A stretch of 64,000 bases of DNA. Origin: a virus. The position numbers and the translations under genes are program-made. The stretch spans positions 1-64,000 of IMG/VR virus record IMGVR_UViG_3300044786_000023. One strand, written 5' to 3'. Of the stretch, positions 50,673 to 59,449 are shown piece by piece (position 1 is the first letter of the stretch; each line of letters begins with the position of its first letter). The notes below the pieces were generated by a model. That model had not been told where the DNA came from. It ran no database searches and worked only from the letters and a program-made list of their open reading frames with translations.

Positions 50673-51245
50673 ATGGCAAAAGCTAGAGAAGCACAAAAGT
50701 TTATCGGTGAATCTAAAACCTTATCCAGTGGGGTGACAGTTACAGTTATCCCGTTCCCCCCTGGCTTGCTACAGCGCATTAACTCAGATCATCCTGACCC
50801 TAAGCCGCCAAAGCGAATAATTGAGGTACTTGGCGGTACTGAGGAAGTGGATGATCTGAAAGATGAAAGTTACGTACTTGAAAAGGAAGTTGTTACCACG
50901 CAACGTAACTCATTGTTAGGTGAAGCGGTTATCGAATTATGCGTTGAGCTTGATCTTGCCAAGTACGCCAAAGAGATCAAGAAACTTGAAAAGTTCACGT
51001 CACCTTATTCTGATGATACCGATGAACGACGCATGCGCTTTCTGCAAGAGTACGCACTACGTACCCGTGGCGACTATGAAGTCGTTATCACCTCCGCCAT
51101 AACTCAGATTGCCATAAGTGATGAGGAGGTACAGGAGCGGATAGCCACGTTTCAAACCGACATGGCACGGGGTAGCACTAACGGACATAAAGCATCCGGC
51201 ACTAATGAAGTCCAGCGGGTGGCAGTGGAACAGCCGCAAGCGTGA
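50673..51245 (+). CDS. tail assembly chaperone (G-like)
   Basis: Positioned directly upstream of the tape measure. Overlaps a second ORF in another frame. Confidence 0.6.
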   Translation: MAKAREAQKFIGESKTLSSGVTVTVIPFPPGLLQRINSDHPDPKPPKRIIEVLGGTEEVDDLKDESYVLEKEVVTTQRNSLLGEAVIELCVELDLAKYAKEIKKLEKFTSPYSDDTDERRMRFLQEYALRTRGDYEVVITSAITQIAISDEEVQERIATFQTDMARGSTNGHKASGTNEVQRVAVEQPQA

Positions 51246-51423
51246 TGGTGATGTGGCGCGATGGTGGAATTATCGGACGTTGAGTGAGTTTGAGGCATTG
51301 CCAAAAGAGGATAAGCTAGACATAATTGCGCTATATGAAATAGACTGGAAAATGCAAGCAATCAACTCATACGAAGCGAACGAAGAAATGAAAAGGAATG
51401 CTAAGAAGCCTAGAAGAAAGTAA
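51145..51423 (+). CDS. T-like extension ORF of the tail assembly chaperone (probably reached by frameshift)
   Basis: The +1 frame is open from 51145. Track ORF 51205..51423 has no SD. It ends just before the tape measure. Confidence 0.45.
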   Translation, partial: PRFKPTWHGVALTDIKHPALMKSSGWQWNSRKRDGDVARWWNYRTLSEFEALPKEDKLDIIALYEIDWKMQAINSYEANEEMKRNAKKPRRK

Positions 51424-51453
51424 GTTCTAGGCTCTCTTTTTGAGGTATAAATT

Positions 51454-54400
51454 TTGGCCCTTCCGACTGTCGGCTTGGAAGCCGTTATCGCCAACTTACC
51501 CAAATTTGAACAGGGCGCTAAAACCATCACGCAAGCCTATGATGGTATCAATACTAAGGCTGATGCTGTCGGTAAAGTTACTGAGCGCATGGGACTTAAG
51601 TTTGATGAGGCTTCTAATCGTTGGCGTACAGCATCGGGTAAGTTTGCCTCAAATGCTGAAATAGCAGCAGCGGGTATTAACAAAGCTAAAGATGCGGCTG
51701 ACAAAACGGGCAAGAGTTTTGTTGACTTGGGTAGTATAGCTGGCAAAGCTGGCGGTCAGTTAGTTGGCTTGGGCAGTCACCTACTTAGCCTGGGTGCTAT
51801 TGCTGGTGGCGCAGCCTTAGCTGGCGTCACTGCGCTAGGCGCTGGCTTAGCTACGTTTGCCGTGGCAGGTATCAATAAAGCCATTGATTTAGACGCGCAA
51901 ATGGCGACGATTGCCGCTACGATGAATACCACCAAAGAGGCAGTCGGGCCACTTAAGGATTTAATCTTAGACCTCGCCCTTGACCCTAATCTCACGGTAA
52001 ACACAACTCAGGCGGCTGATGCGATTCAGTTATTAGCACAGAACGGCGTGACGGCAGCAGAGATCATGGATGGTGCTGCGGCGGCAACCGTGGCTTTAGC
52101 TAACGCAACAGGGGCACAATTCAGCACAGCGGCGGATGTCGCATCAGGTGTTATGAAGGTATTCAACATTAGAGCAGAGGACATGGGAACGGCTATTGAC
52201 GGCATAACTGGCGTGGTCAATACGAGTAAGTTTACCATAGATGACTTTAGTCAAGCGTTTGCGGCAGCGGGTGGCGTAGCTGCTGAAATAGGCATCTCAT
52301 TTGAGGACTTCAGCGCGGTTATAGCAGGGACAGCGACTAGCTTTAATAGTGGCTCGGATGCAGGTACTAGCTTTAAGACGTTATTGCAACGTCTTTCTAA
52401 TCCAACAGATGAGAATAAGGATTTAATGGAACAATATGGTATATCCCTATTCGATGCTGAAGGTAAAATGAAGCCATTTGCAGAGGTAGTAGAATCCCTG
52501 AACGCTGCTTTTACTGGTTTAACCGACGCACAAAAAGCACAATTGGCGGCGCAGATAGGCGGCGCTGATGCGGCCAGAGAAGTATTAGCTTTAGCCGGTA
52601 TGACCAAAGATGAGTTTGAGAAGTTATCAGGTAATGTTAATGACAGTGGGCAAGCTTTTAGAAGCGCGGCAACTCGCGTTGATTCTGTCAAGGGTGCTTT
52701 TGAGATATTCAGAGGGATAGTTGAGGCTGTCCAGATTCAGGTAGGTGATAAATTCCTGCCGATTCTTAGGGGGGTGACGGTGGGATTCACTGACCTAGCA
52801 AGCAAAGCAGGGCCGGTGGTAGTAGATTTCTTTGGCAGGATAGCTGCCAAGATAGCTGACTTGACTAAACTCTTTGACGAGAGAGGGCTGGCAGGGGTAT
52901 TGGCCCGATTTGGCTTTACGGGTTCTCTCAAATTCTTTAGGGAATTAAGTGGACTCTTTAGCGACATAACTGGCAAAGTACCATCACTGGAAGGTATTGG
53001 AGTTATCTTTAAAGATTTGGCTAAACAGGTGTTCCCTTTTCTGACAAAGGGAGTGATTTTCATTCGTGATTTTATCGCAACCGTAACCGATTTATTTACC
53101 ACGTTTCAATCAGGTGGTTTATTTGGTTCTCGCTCTGGCTCATTTGGCAGTGTGGGACTATTGGCAGCGTTGGGTATATCACCTGATATTATAACAACAA
53201 TTCAAACTATCTTCGATTCCATTACTGAAGCCGCAAATGCTTTTATGTCAGGCGGCTTATTTGGCAGTGTAGGGCTAGCGGGTGGTGATGTCAGTCAAAC
53301 AGGCGGCATACTGGAAATGTTAGGATTATCCGATGAAGCTGTTATAGGAATCCAAAACATATTTTTAGGGATAGTCGCAGCGGTTACAAACTTTGGCACA
53401 ACCTGGCAAGCTATCTGGCCTACTATATCCGCATCGGCACAAACAGCATGGATTCTTTTACAGGGTATTTTTAATGGCATAGTTGCAACTTTAACTCCTA
53501 CTATTGAACAGCTTAAAGTCTCGTTTGCTGGTGTAGGTGAGACATTTGCCAATTTGGGTATTACATGGGCAACCGTAGGGCCAGCATTGCTTCAGTCAAC
53601 AGGTATTGTTTTTGCAGCGATTGGGGCAATTATACTAGGTGTTATCTCGGTAGTTGTCTCATTAGTTGCGGCGATAGGCGCTGGCGTAGCCTCTATGATT
53701 ACTGTATGGAACGAACTTGTACCCAGTGTCATTACTGCTGTTAGTAGTCTAATGGTATTCCTAACGGGTGTGACAGAGATATTTAGTGGCATTATTACGG
53801 GTGACTGGACTCAAATATCTCAGGGATTCCAAATAGCATGGGAAGGAATCGCAGCAGGATTACCTGCTATAATTGCATCTATTGTTACTATATTCACTGG
53901 ACTGGTAACAACGATTAGTAAAACCATTAGTGGCTTCGTTACGGCCATGATTGGATTCTGGACGGGCTTATCTGAGACTCTTATCGGGCATTCAATCATA
54001 CCCGATTTAATCAATGGAATACTGGACTTATTTACCAAAACAAAATGGCTTGATATTGGCAAGGGTATCATTGATGGCATTATTAAGGGAATTAAGGAGA
54101 ATTCGGCTAAGGTTCTTGAATTGATTAAATCCCTTATGGGAGACCTTCTGTCAACGGCTGCTACCGCTATTGGCTACGGCTCACCTGCCGCTGAGTTTAT
54201 CCCACTTGGCGCAAGTATAGCGGAAGGCTTGACAGCCGGTATCAATTCAGGTGCGGGTGGCGTTATGGCTGCAATGGGTAATATCACTCAAGCGACTTTA
54301 GATTCACTACTTGGTGTTACTCGTGGCCTGGCCTCGACTAATAATGCTATCGGCGCGGCGGCTGATGATGTTGAGAAATTTCTTGATAGTATTGGATTAA

Positions 54401-55335
54401 AGGGGTCGAAGGGCGATGCTACATTAAAGATACTCAAAGATACTTTCAGAGCAAATGCTGATGAGATTCTAGGCGCTACTGATAGGGCAGAGAAGTTCAA
54501 AGAGGTGCTTGCTCGTACCGGTGTCAATTGGGAAAGGATTTTTGTCGGTGGTAGTGTTAACCCATTCGCTGGCAAGGGCGGCGGCATACTCTCCTTTTTT
54601 ATCAATGCTTTTGATGAGCGCAAAACTGAACTAGAAAAAGCTCAACAGCGGATGTTTATTCAAGCTGGCAAAACCGCACTCAGCATTGGTAACAAATTAA
54701 ATGACATTGTACAGGGTAGTATTGACATACTTGATACCAGGGTCGAGACGTTGCAAGAGTTAGTTGATTCCGGTTTAGAGAGTGTTAATTTCGAGGGGAT
54801 GATTATCAGCGCGGTGCAAGCACAGGATTTACTCAATGCTGCGCTACAGGAACAAGCCGATATTCAAGATGACATTTTGCAACTTAAGCAGAATGAACAG
54901 AAGTTAAGCTTCCTTGAAAAGCAGCTTTCTTTAGTTGAGACGCTTAACGCTGCTGGCTTGAATGTACAGGATATTTTGGGTGGCATCTCGCTCGGTCTGG
55001 ATGCCAGTATACCGGACATGATAGAAGCCACAAACCGCTTGGTTATGGCGCTGATAAATCAAGTCAATGAGGATTTGCAACTTGGCTCACCTTCTAAACT
55101 TATGGCGAAAAAGGGCATGCAAACCGGACAGGGTTTTGTTGAAGGACTTATGGCGCAAATACCCAATATAACAAATGCAATGAAGCAAGCTATAGTAGGG
55201 CCAGTTAGTGGGCCGGTGCTGAGTGGTGGGAGTAGTTCACGAGTAGTTAATAACAACTTTAACATGGCAGTGAATACGGGCGCGAGTCCGCAAAATGTCA
55301 TGGCGCAATTTGAAATTGCAAGGGCAATGGCCTAA
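51454..55335 (+). CDS. tail tape measure protein
   Basis: 1293 aa, Ala/Gly-rich helical. TP901-type core motifs are present (TTQAADAIQLLAQNGVTAAEI). TTG start with SD GAGG. Confidence 0.9.
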   Translation: MALPTVGLEAVIANLPKFEQGAKTITQAYDGINTKADAVGKVTERMGLKFDEASNRWRTASGKFASNAEIAAAGINKAKDAADKTGKSFVDLGSIAGKAGGQLVGLGSHLLSLGAIAGGAALAGVTALGAGLATFAVAGINKAIDLDAQMATIAATMNTTKEAVGPLKDLILDLALDPNLTVNTTQAADAIQLLAQNGVTAAEIMDGAAAATVALANATGAQFSTAADVASGVMKVFNIRAEDMGTAIDGITGVVNTSKFTIDDFSQAFAAAGGVAAEIGISFEDFSAVIAGTATSFNSGSDAGTSFKTLLQRLSNPTDENKDLMEQYGISLFDAEGKMKPFAEVVESLNAAFTGLTDAQKAQLAAQIGGADAAREVLALAGMTKDEFEKLSGNVNDSGQAFRSAATRVDSVKGAFEIFRGIVEAVQIQVGDKFLPILRGVTVGFTDLASKAGPVVVDFFGRIAAKIADLTKLFDERGLAGVLARFGFTGSLKFFRELSGLFSDITGKVPSLEGIGVIFKDLAKQVFPFLTKGVIFIRDFIATVTDLFTTFQSGGLFGSRSGSFGSVGLLAALGISPDIITTIQTIFDSITEAANAFMSGGLFGSVGLAGGDVSQTGGILEMLGLSDEAVIGIQNIFLGIVAAVTNFGTTWQAIWPTISASAQTAWILLQGIFNGIVATLTPTIEQLKVSFAGVGETFANLGITWATVGPALLQSTGIVFAAIGAIILGVISVVVSLVAAIGAGVASMITVWNELVPSVITAVSSLMVFLTGVTEIFSGIITGDWTQISQGFQIAWEGIAAGLPAIIASIVTIFTGLVTTISKTISGFVTAMIGFWTGLSETLIGHSIIPDLINGILDLFTKTKWLDIGKGIIDGIIKGIKENSAKVLELIKSLMGDLLSTAATAIGYGSPAAEFIPLGASIAEGLTAGINSGAGGVMAAMGNITQATLDSLLGVTRGLASTNNAIGAAADDVEKFLDSIGLKGSKGDATLKILKDTFRANADEILGATDRAEKFKEVLARTGVNWERIFVGGSVNPFAGKGGGILSFFINAFDERKTELEKAQQRMFIQAGKTALSIGNKLNDIVQGSIDILDTRVETLQELVDSGLESVNFEGMIISAVQAQDLLNAALQEQADIQDDILQLKQNEQKLSFLEKQLSLVETLNAAGLNVQDILGGISLGLDASIPDMIEATNRLVMALINQVNEDLQLGSPSKLMAKKGMQTGQGFVEGLMAQIPNITNAMKQAIVGPVSGPVLSGGSSSRVVNNNFNMAVNTGASPQNVMAQFEIARAMA

Positions 55336-55350
55336 TGAAAGCAGAGGACA

Positions 55351-57936
55351 ATGCGAAAGTTACTAGCAGTTATTCTGTTTTTGATTCTAGTCTCTACCAG
55401 CTATGCACAAGAACCGCATAAAGTATATTTACCAATTATCATGAGACTTAAAGAAGATATAAAAAACTCGTGGCAGATAGTTAAGCCGATTAGCACAGTT
55501 AATAGCGTGCTTAACCCTTCCGCCGAATTAACCGGTAATTTTGCGGCTGTCGGTAGTGCTACTATCACCCGTGTTACTACCTATCAAAAGTACGGTCTCA
55601 ATTCCTACCGTGTGCAAACCACCGCCACTAATACGGGGCTATCGCTAACTACTGGCACGCTGACAAATGCCACTCATTGGATGACGGCGCGGATACGTGG
55701 CAGATTACCCCGCGAGTTACGCTTCTCAATTGGCCCTGATTCCAAGAAAGCCATCTTACTTGAAAAGATAGATGATGCCTGGGCTTTGTATGGTGCGCTG
55801 TTTGGTGCATCGGAATCGAATGGCAGGACAGCGGCAAGCATCACTCAGTTCGGCACAGGCAGTGGTGACTTTTATGTTGATGGGATTCAAGTCGAAGCAC
55901 AGCCAGACTGGACTACTTATGTTGACGGTACGCAAGAGGGATGCGCCTGGGATGGTGTGGATCACGCCAGCACCTCTAGCCGTAGTGGTGAAAGTAGCGC
56001 GGGCGGTATACCGCAGGACTTGTATCAAGAGTACAAGTTCTTTGTGACCAAGATAGTTGGCGCGGGTGCATCTACGCAAGAGTTAAACGTAGACTCCTAC
56101 GCACTTCTACCCGGTGGTGAGATGAACAGCTTAAAGGTTCAGTCTCGCCAGTTTACGCTTATCGGCAAGTTCATCACCGATACTGAACTTGAGTTACACG
56201 ATAACCGGCAAGAACTTATCAAGCTGCTAAAAACTAGCACGCCAGACCAACCGCTACGGTTGCGCTTTAACAATGCACGAGTAGAGAAAGAAATAAGCGT
56301 CTTTTATCAGGGCGGCTTAGAAGGTGACTTAGCCGCGTTCTATGGCAGTTTTGAGTCGATTGAGGATAATCAGTGGGGTGAGACAAAAGAGTTTGTAGAG
56401 AAAGCCGCGATTCAATTCTTAGCACCTGACCCGTATTGGTATGAGGTGGGGGAGAGTGCGGCGAGTCTGAATAATGCGTCAAGTAATGACTTATACACTG
56501 AACCGGATACAATTGATACTGCCACGTTTAGACTAGTGGCAGGTAGGTTAAGAAGCACCGGGCAATGGGATGCGTTAGGGCCGCCGAATGTGGCAGGAAC
56601 GTACTTCGCAGTTAATGCTATTGCTGAAGATGCTACTTATGTTTATATAGGTGGCAATTTCCAGAATTTCGATAATATAGCCAATGCTGATTATATTATT
56701 CGGTATAATAAACAGACAGGAGTTTATTCGGCTTTAAGCACGGGAATGGACGGCCCTGTTAATACTTTGGCTATTGGCCCGAACGGAATATTATATGCCG
56801 GAGGTAGCTTTACCTCCGCCGGAGGAGTAGCGAATACACTCCGTATTGCTTCTTGGGATGGTGTGACTTGGGCCGCTTTGGGTACAGGAGCAAATAATGT
56901 TGTTCGTGCTTTGGTTGTTGGTCAAAATGGGCTACTCTTCGCCGGAGGCAGCTTCACTACTATTGGCGGCGTTGCGGCTAATAGGATTGCTTCCTGGGAT
57001 GGTATAATATGGACTGCTTTGAGCACAGGAATGAATCAGCCTGTTTTTGCCCTGACCATTGCAGTAGATGGAATATTATATGCTGGAGGTAGCTTCACTA
57101 CCGTTGGGGGAGTAGCAACTAACTATATTACTTCCTGGAATGGTTCAGCCTTTTCATCATTGGGTAGTGGTATGAATAATACAGTCACTTCCCTAGCTGC
57201 CAATCCATCAGGAATTTTATACGCTGGAGGGATATTTACTTCTGCAGGGGGTAATGCGGCAGCACGTGTTGCCTCCTGGAATGGTACAGCATGGTTGGCA
57301 TTGGGAAGTGGGGCAGACGATGAGGTTCAGGCCCTAGCTATTGGTCAGGATGCAATGTTATATGCGGGAGGTCAGTTTACAACGGCAGGTGGTATTAATT
57401 TAGCTGACAGGGTAGCGCGTTGGAATGGCTATTCCTGGGCACACCTGGATCTCGACTTACCTGGGTCGCCTATTGTGACTGCTATTTTAGCTAGTAAGTA
57501 TGTTGACCCAGTTATCAAGCAAAAGTACAACTTATTCTTAGGATTCGATACCACTGGCACGGGCTATTTTGGTGGTAAATTTACCGTTACCAACAGTGGC
57601 AATGTGCCTGCTTTCCCCTTAATAATTTACTTCCGTTCAGGTGGTACATTCGCTATTGTTGAGACGCTGAAGAACGAACGAACGGGTAAAGAACTGCTGT
57701 TTGATTACTCTCTGTTGAGTGGCGAGACGCTAGGCATTGATTTAACACCGACTAACAAGACTATTATATCTAGCTTTTTCGGGCCTTCGTTGCGGGCGAT
57801 TCTGGCAAACTCGGACTTTGGCTCATGGGCTTTGCTACCGGGTGATAATGATGTGACAACGTTTGTCAGTGTAAGTGGTGGGCCGACGCTGACCGCATAT
57901 TTGCTGTGGCGAGATACCTATGACAGTTGGGATTAA
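55351..57936 (+). CDS. distal tail protein (Dit) with CBM-like domain and inserted six-blade beta-propeller
   Basis: Positioned after the TMP. The C-terminal Dit-like motif is TNSGNVPAFPLIIYF...LKNERTGKELLF. Six ~47-aa repeats of the form LYAGGSFTxxGGVxxxxIASWxGxxWxxLGxG span about 56650-57450. Confidence 0.65.
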   Translation: MRKLLAVILFLILVSTSYAQEPHKVYLPIIMRLKEDIKNSWQIVKPISTVNSVLNPSAELTGNFAAVGSATITRVTTYQKYGLNSYRVQTTATNTGLSLTTGTLTNATHWMTARIRGRLPRELRFSIGPDSKKAILLEKIDDAWALYGALFGASESNGRTAASITQFGTGSGDFYVDGIQVEAQPDWTTYVDGTQEGCAWDGVDHASTSSRSGESSAGGIPQDLYQEYKFFVTKIVGAGASTQELNVDSYALLPGGEMNSLKVQSRQFTLIGKFITDTELELHDNRQELIKLLKTSTPDQPLRLRFNNARVEKEISVFYQGGLEGDLAAFYGSFESIEDNQWGETKEFVEKAAIQFLAPDPYWYEVGESAASLNNASSNDLYTEPDTIDTATFRLVAGRLRSTGQWDALGPPNVAGTYFAVNAIAEDATYVYIGGNFQNFDNIANADYIIRYNKQTGVYSALSTGMDGPVNTLAIGPNGILYAGGSFTSAGGVANTLRIASWDGVTWAALGTGANNVVRALVVGQNGLLFAGGSFTTIGGVAANRIASWDGIIWTALSTGMNQPVFALTIAVDGILYAGGSFTTVGGVATNYITSWNGSAFSSLGSGMNNTVTSLAANPSGILYAGGIFTSAGGNAAARVASWNGTAWLALGSGADDEVQALAIGQDAMLYAGGQFTTAGGINLADRVARWNGYSWAHLDLDLPGSPIVTAILASKYVDPVIKQKYNLFLGFDTTGTGYFGGKFTVTNSGNVPAFPLIIYFRSGGTFAIVETLKNERTGKELLFDYSLLSGETLGIDLTPTNKTIISSFFGPSLRAILANSDFGSWALLPGDNDVTTFVSVSGGPTLTAYLLWRDTYDSWD

Positions 57937-58800
57937 ATGTCAAAGTTAAGTGTGATTATCCCAAGTAGAAATGAAAAGTTTCTACCCCAAACTATAGATG
58001 ACATATTCAAGAAGGCTACAGACCCTATCGAAGTCATCTGTGTACTTGATGGGTACTGGCCCAATCCTCCCCTGAAGGAATACCCGAATCTAATCACCAT
58101 TCACCGCTCAACGCCTCAAGGCATGAGAGCGGGTATCAATGCGGCGGCGGCTATTGCTAAGGGGAAGTACTTGATGAAATGCGACGCTCATTGCCTATTC
58201 GCTGAAGGTTTTGATGAAGTATTAAAAGCCGACTGTGCCGACAACTGGATTATCATTCCGCGTCGGTACAGCCTTGACGCTGAAAATTGGCAGCGATGTG
58301 AGGATAAAGAACCAATTGACGCGATGCATTATTTTTGGCCGTATGAACATCCCGACGATTTGGGATTGCACGGTAGACCTTGGATGGAGCGCAGCAGGGA
58401 GCGCAAGCATATCCCAATTGATGAGGATGTAACGTTTCAGGGTAGCTGTTGGCTTATGCACGCTGAACATTTTTATAAACGACTAGGGGGATTAAGCGAA
58501 GTTGGATTCCGTACTTTTATGGCAGAGCCGCAAGAGATCGGGCTAAAAACTCAGCTTGGGCATTGGGAAGGTAAAGTAATGCGGAACAAGAAAACTTGGT
58601 ACAGTCACCTCCATAAAGGCAAGACTTATGGGCGTATGTATTTTATGAGTTCGTCTGAACGCACAGAAGGCAATGCTTTTTCATTTGATTTCTTTTGGCG
58701 GAATCGATGGACAGAGCGGGCGCATGATCTCGAATGGTTAATTGATAAATTTCCACTTCAACCCGGTTGGCCTGAAAACTGGCGGGACTATGCTCATTAG
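57937..58800 (+). CDS. family-2-fold glycosyltransferase with DxH motif (ppGalNAc-T-like)
   Basis: Carries LSVIIPSRNE...VICVLDG...YLMKCDAHCLFAEGF. Confidence 0.75.
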   Translation: MSKLSVIIPSRNEKFLPQTIDDIFKKATDPIEVICVLDGYWPNPPLKEYPNLITIHRSTPQGMRAGINAAAAIAKGKYLMKCDAHCLFAEGFDEVLKADCADNWIIIPRRYSLDAENWQRCEDKEPIDAMHYFWPYEHPDDLGLHGRPWMERSRERKHIPIDEDVTFQGSCWLMHAEHFYKRLGGLSEVGFRTFMAEPQEIGLKTQLGHWEGKVMRNKKTWYSHLHKGKTYGRMYFMSSSERTEGNAFSFDFFWRNRWTERAHDLEWLIDKFPLQPGWPENWRDYAH

Positions 58801-59449
58801 CTTCTGTGTCCCCATTCATAACCGACTTCACGACCTAAAGATAACAATACCTTACCTCATTACGGCGGCCCAAGCCTCGCCCCCTATTGAGATTGTCGTT
58901 TTAGACTATGGCTCAACTGATGGTTTGGCAGACTACGCAAAAGGGCTAGATTGTGTCACTTATCACAGATACGAAAGTGATTATTTCCACAAAGCCCACG
59001 CCTTTAACTTGGTGATTCTAGTCTCAAAAGGCAAGTACTTTGTCCTTCTAGGCGCTGACGCTTACCCGCATAGAGATTACATAAAGACTATTCGTGAACT
59101 AATCACACAGGGTTGCATTTGGATGCGAGCCAGTGAGCTATGCGGGATTTTCGCTTGCCAGCACGGGGAATTTATTAACGCTGGCGGTTATGATGAACGG
59201 TTTGAATTTTACGGGCCGGAGGATAGGGATTTAGATTTACGCTTGCAACGGCGTGGTAGTGAGTTTGGATTAGTTCCTAACGGGTTAATGAGCGTCATTC
59301 CAACGTCCGATGAGGACAAAGTAAAAAACTTTCGTCTGAAATTATCCAAGCAAGGGATGGGCAGGTTAATGCGGCCTATCTTTGAAGAGAATATCGCCAA
59401 TGGCGTTTTAGTGGCTAATCAGGGGAGAGAGTGGGGGCAGTGGATCTAA
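58790..59449 (+). CDS. family-2 glycosyltransferase
   Basis: The track ORF starts at 58742. ATG 58790 gives MLISFCVPIHNR...IVVLDYGSTDG...LGADAYP...YGPEDRDLDLRL. Confidence 0.7.
   Translation: MLISFCVPIHNRLHDLKITIPYLITAAQASPPIEIVVLDYGSTDGLADYAKGLDCVTYHRYESDYFHKAHAFNLVILVSKGKYFVLLGADAYPHRDYIKTIRELITQGCIWMRASELCGIFACQHGEFINAGGYDERFEFYGPEDRDLDLRLQRRGSEFGLVPNGLMSVIPTSDEDKVKNFRLKLSKQGMGRLMRPIFEENIANGVLVANQGREWGQWI

Noticed and set aside
20052-51245. A common +1 offset in three adjacent-ORF pairs (TerS/TerL, 17273/17385, chaperone pair) as evidence of systematic +1 recoding.
   Set aside because: Three cases with a 1-in-2 chance each are not significant. No shared slip motif was found.
51537-55301. 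About ten minus-strand ORFs inside the tape measure gene.
   Set aside because: These are antisense frames of an Ala/Gly-rich gene, giving Ser/Ala/Pro-rich nonsense peptides. This is typical shadow-ORF behaviour.
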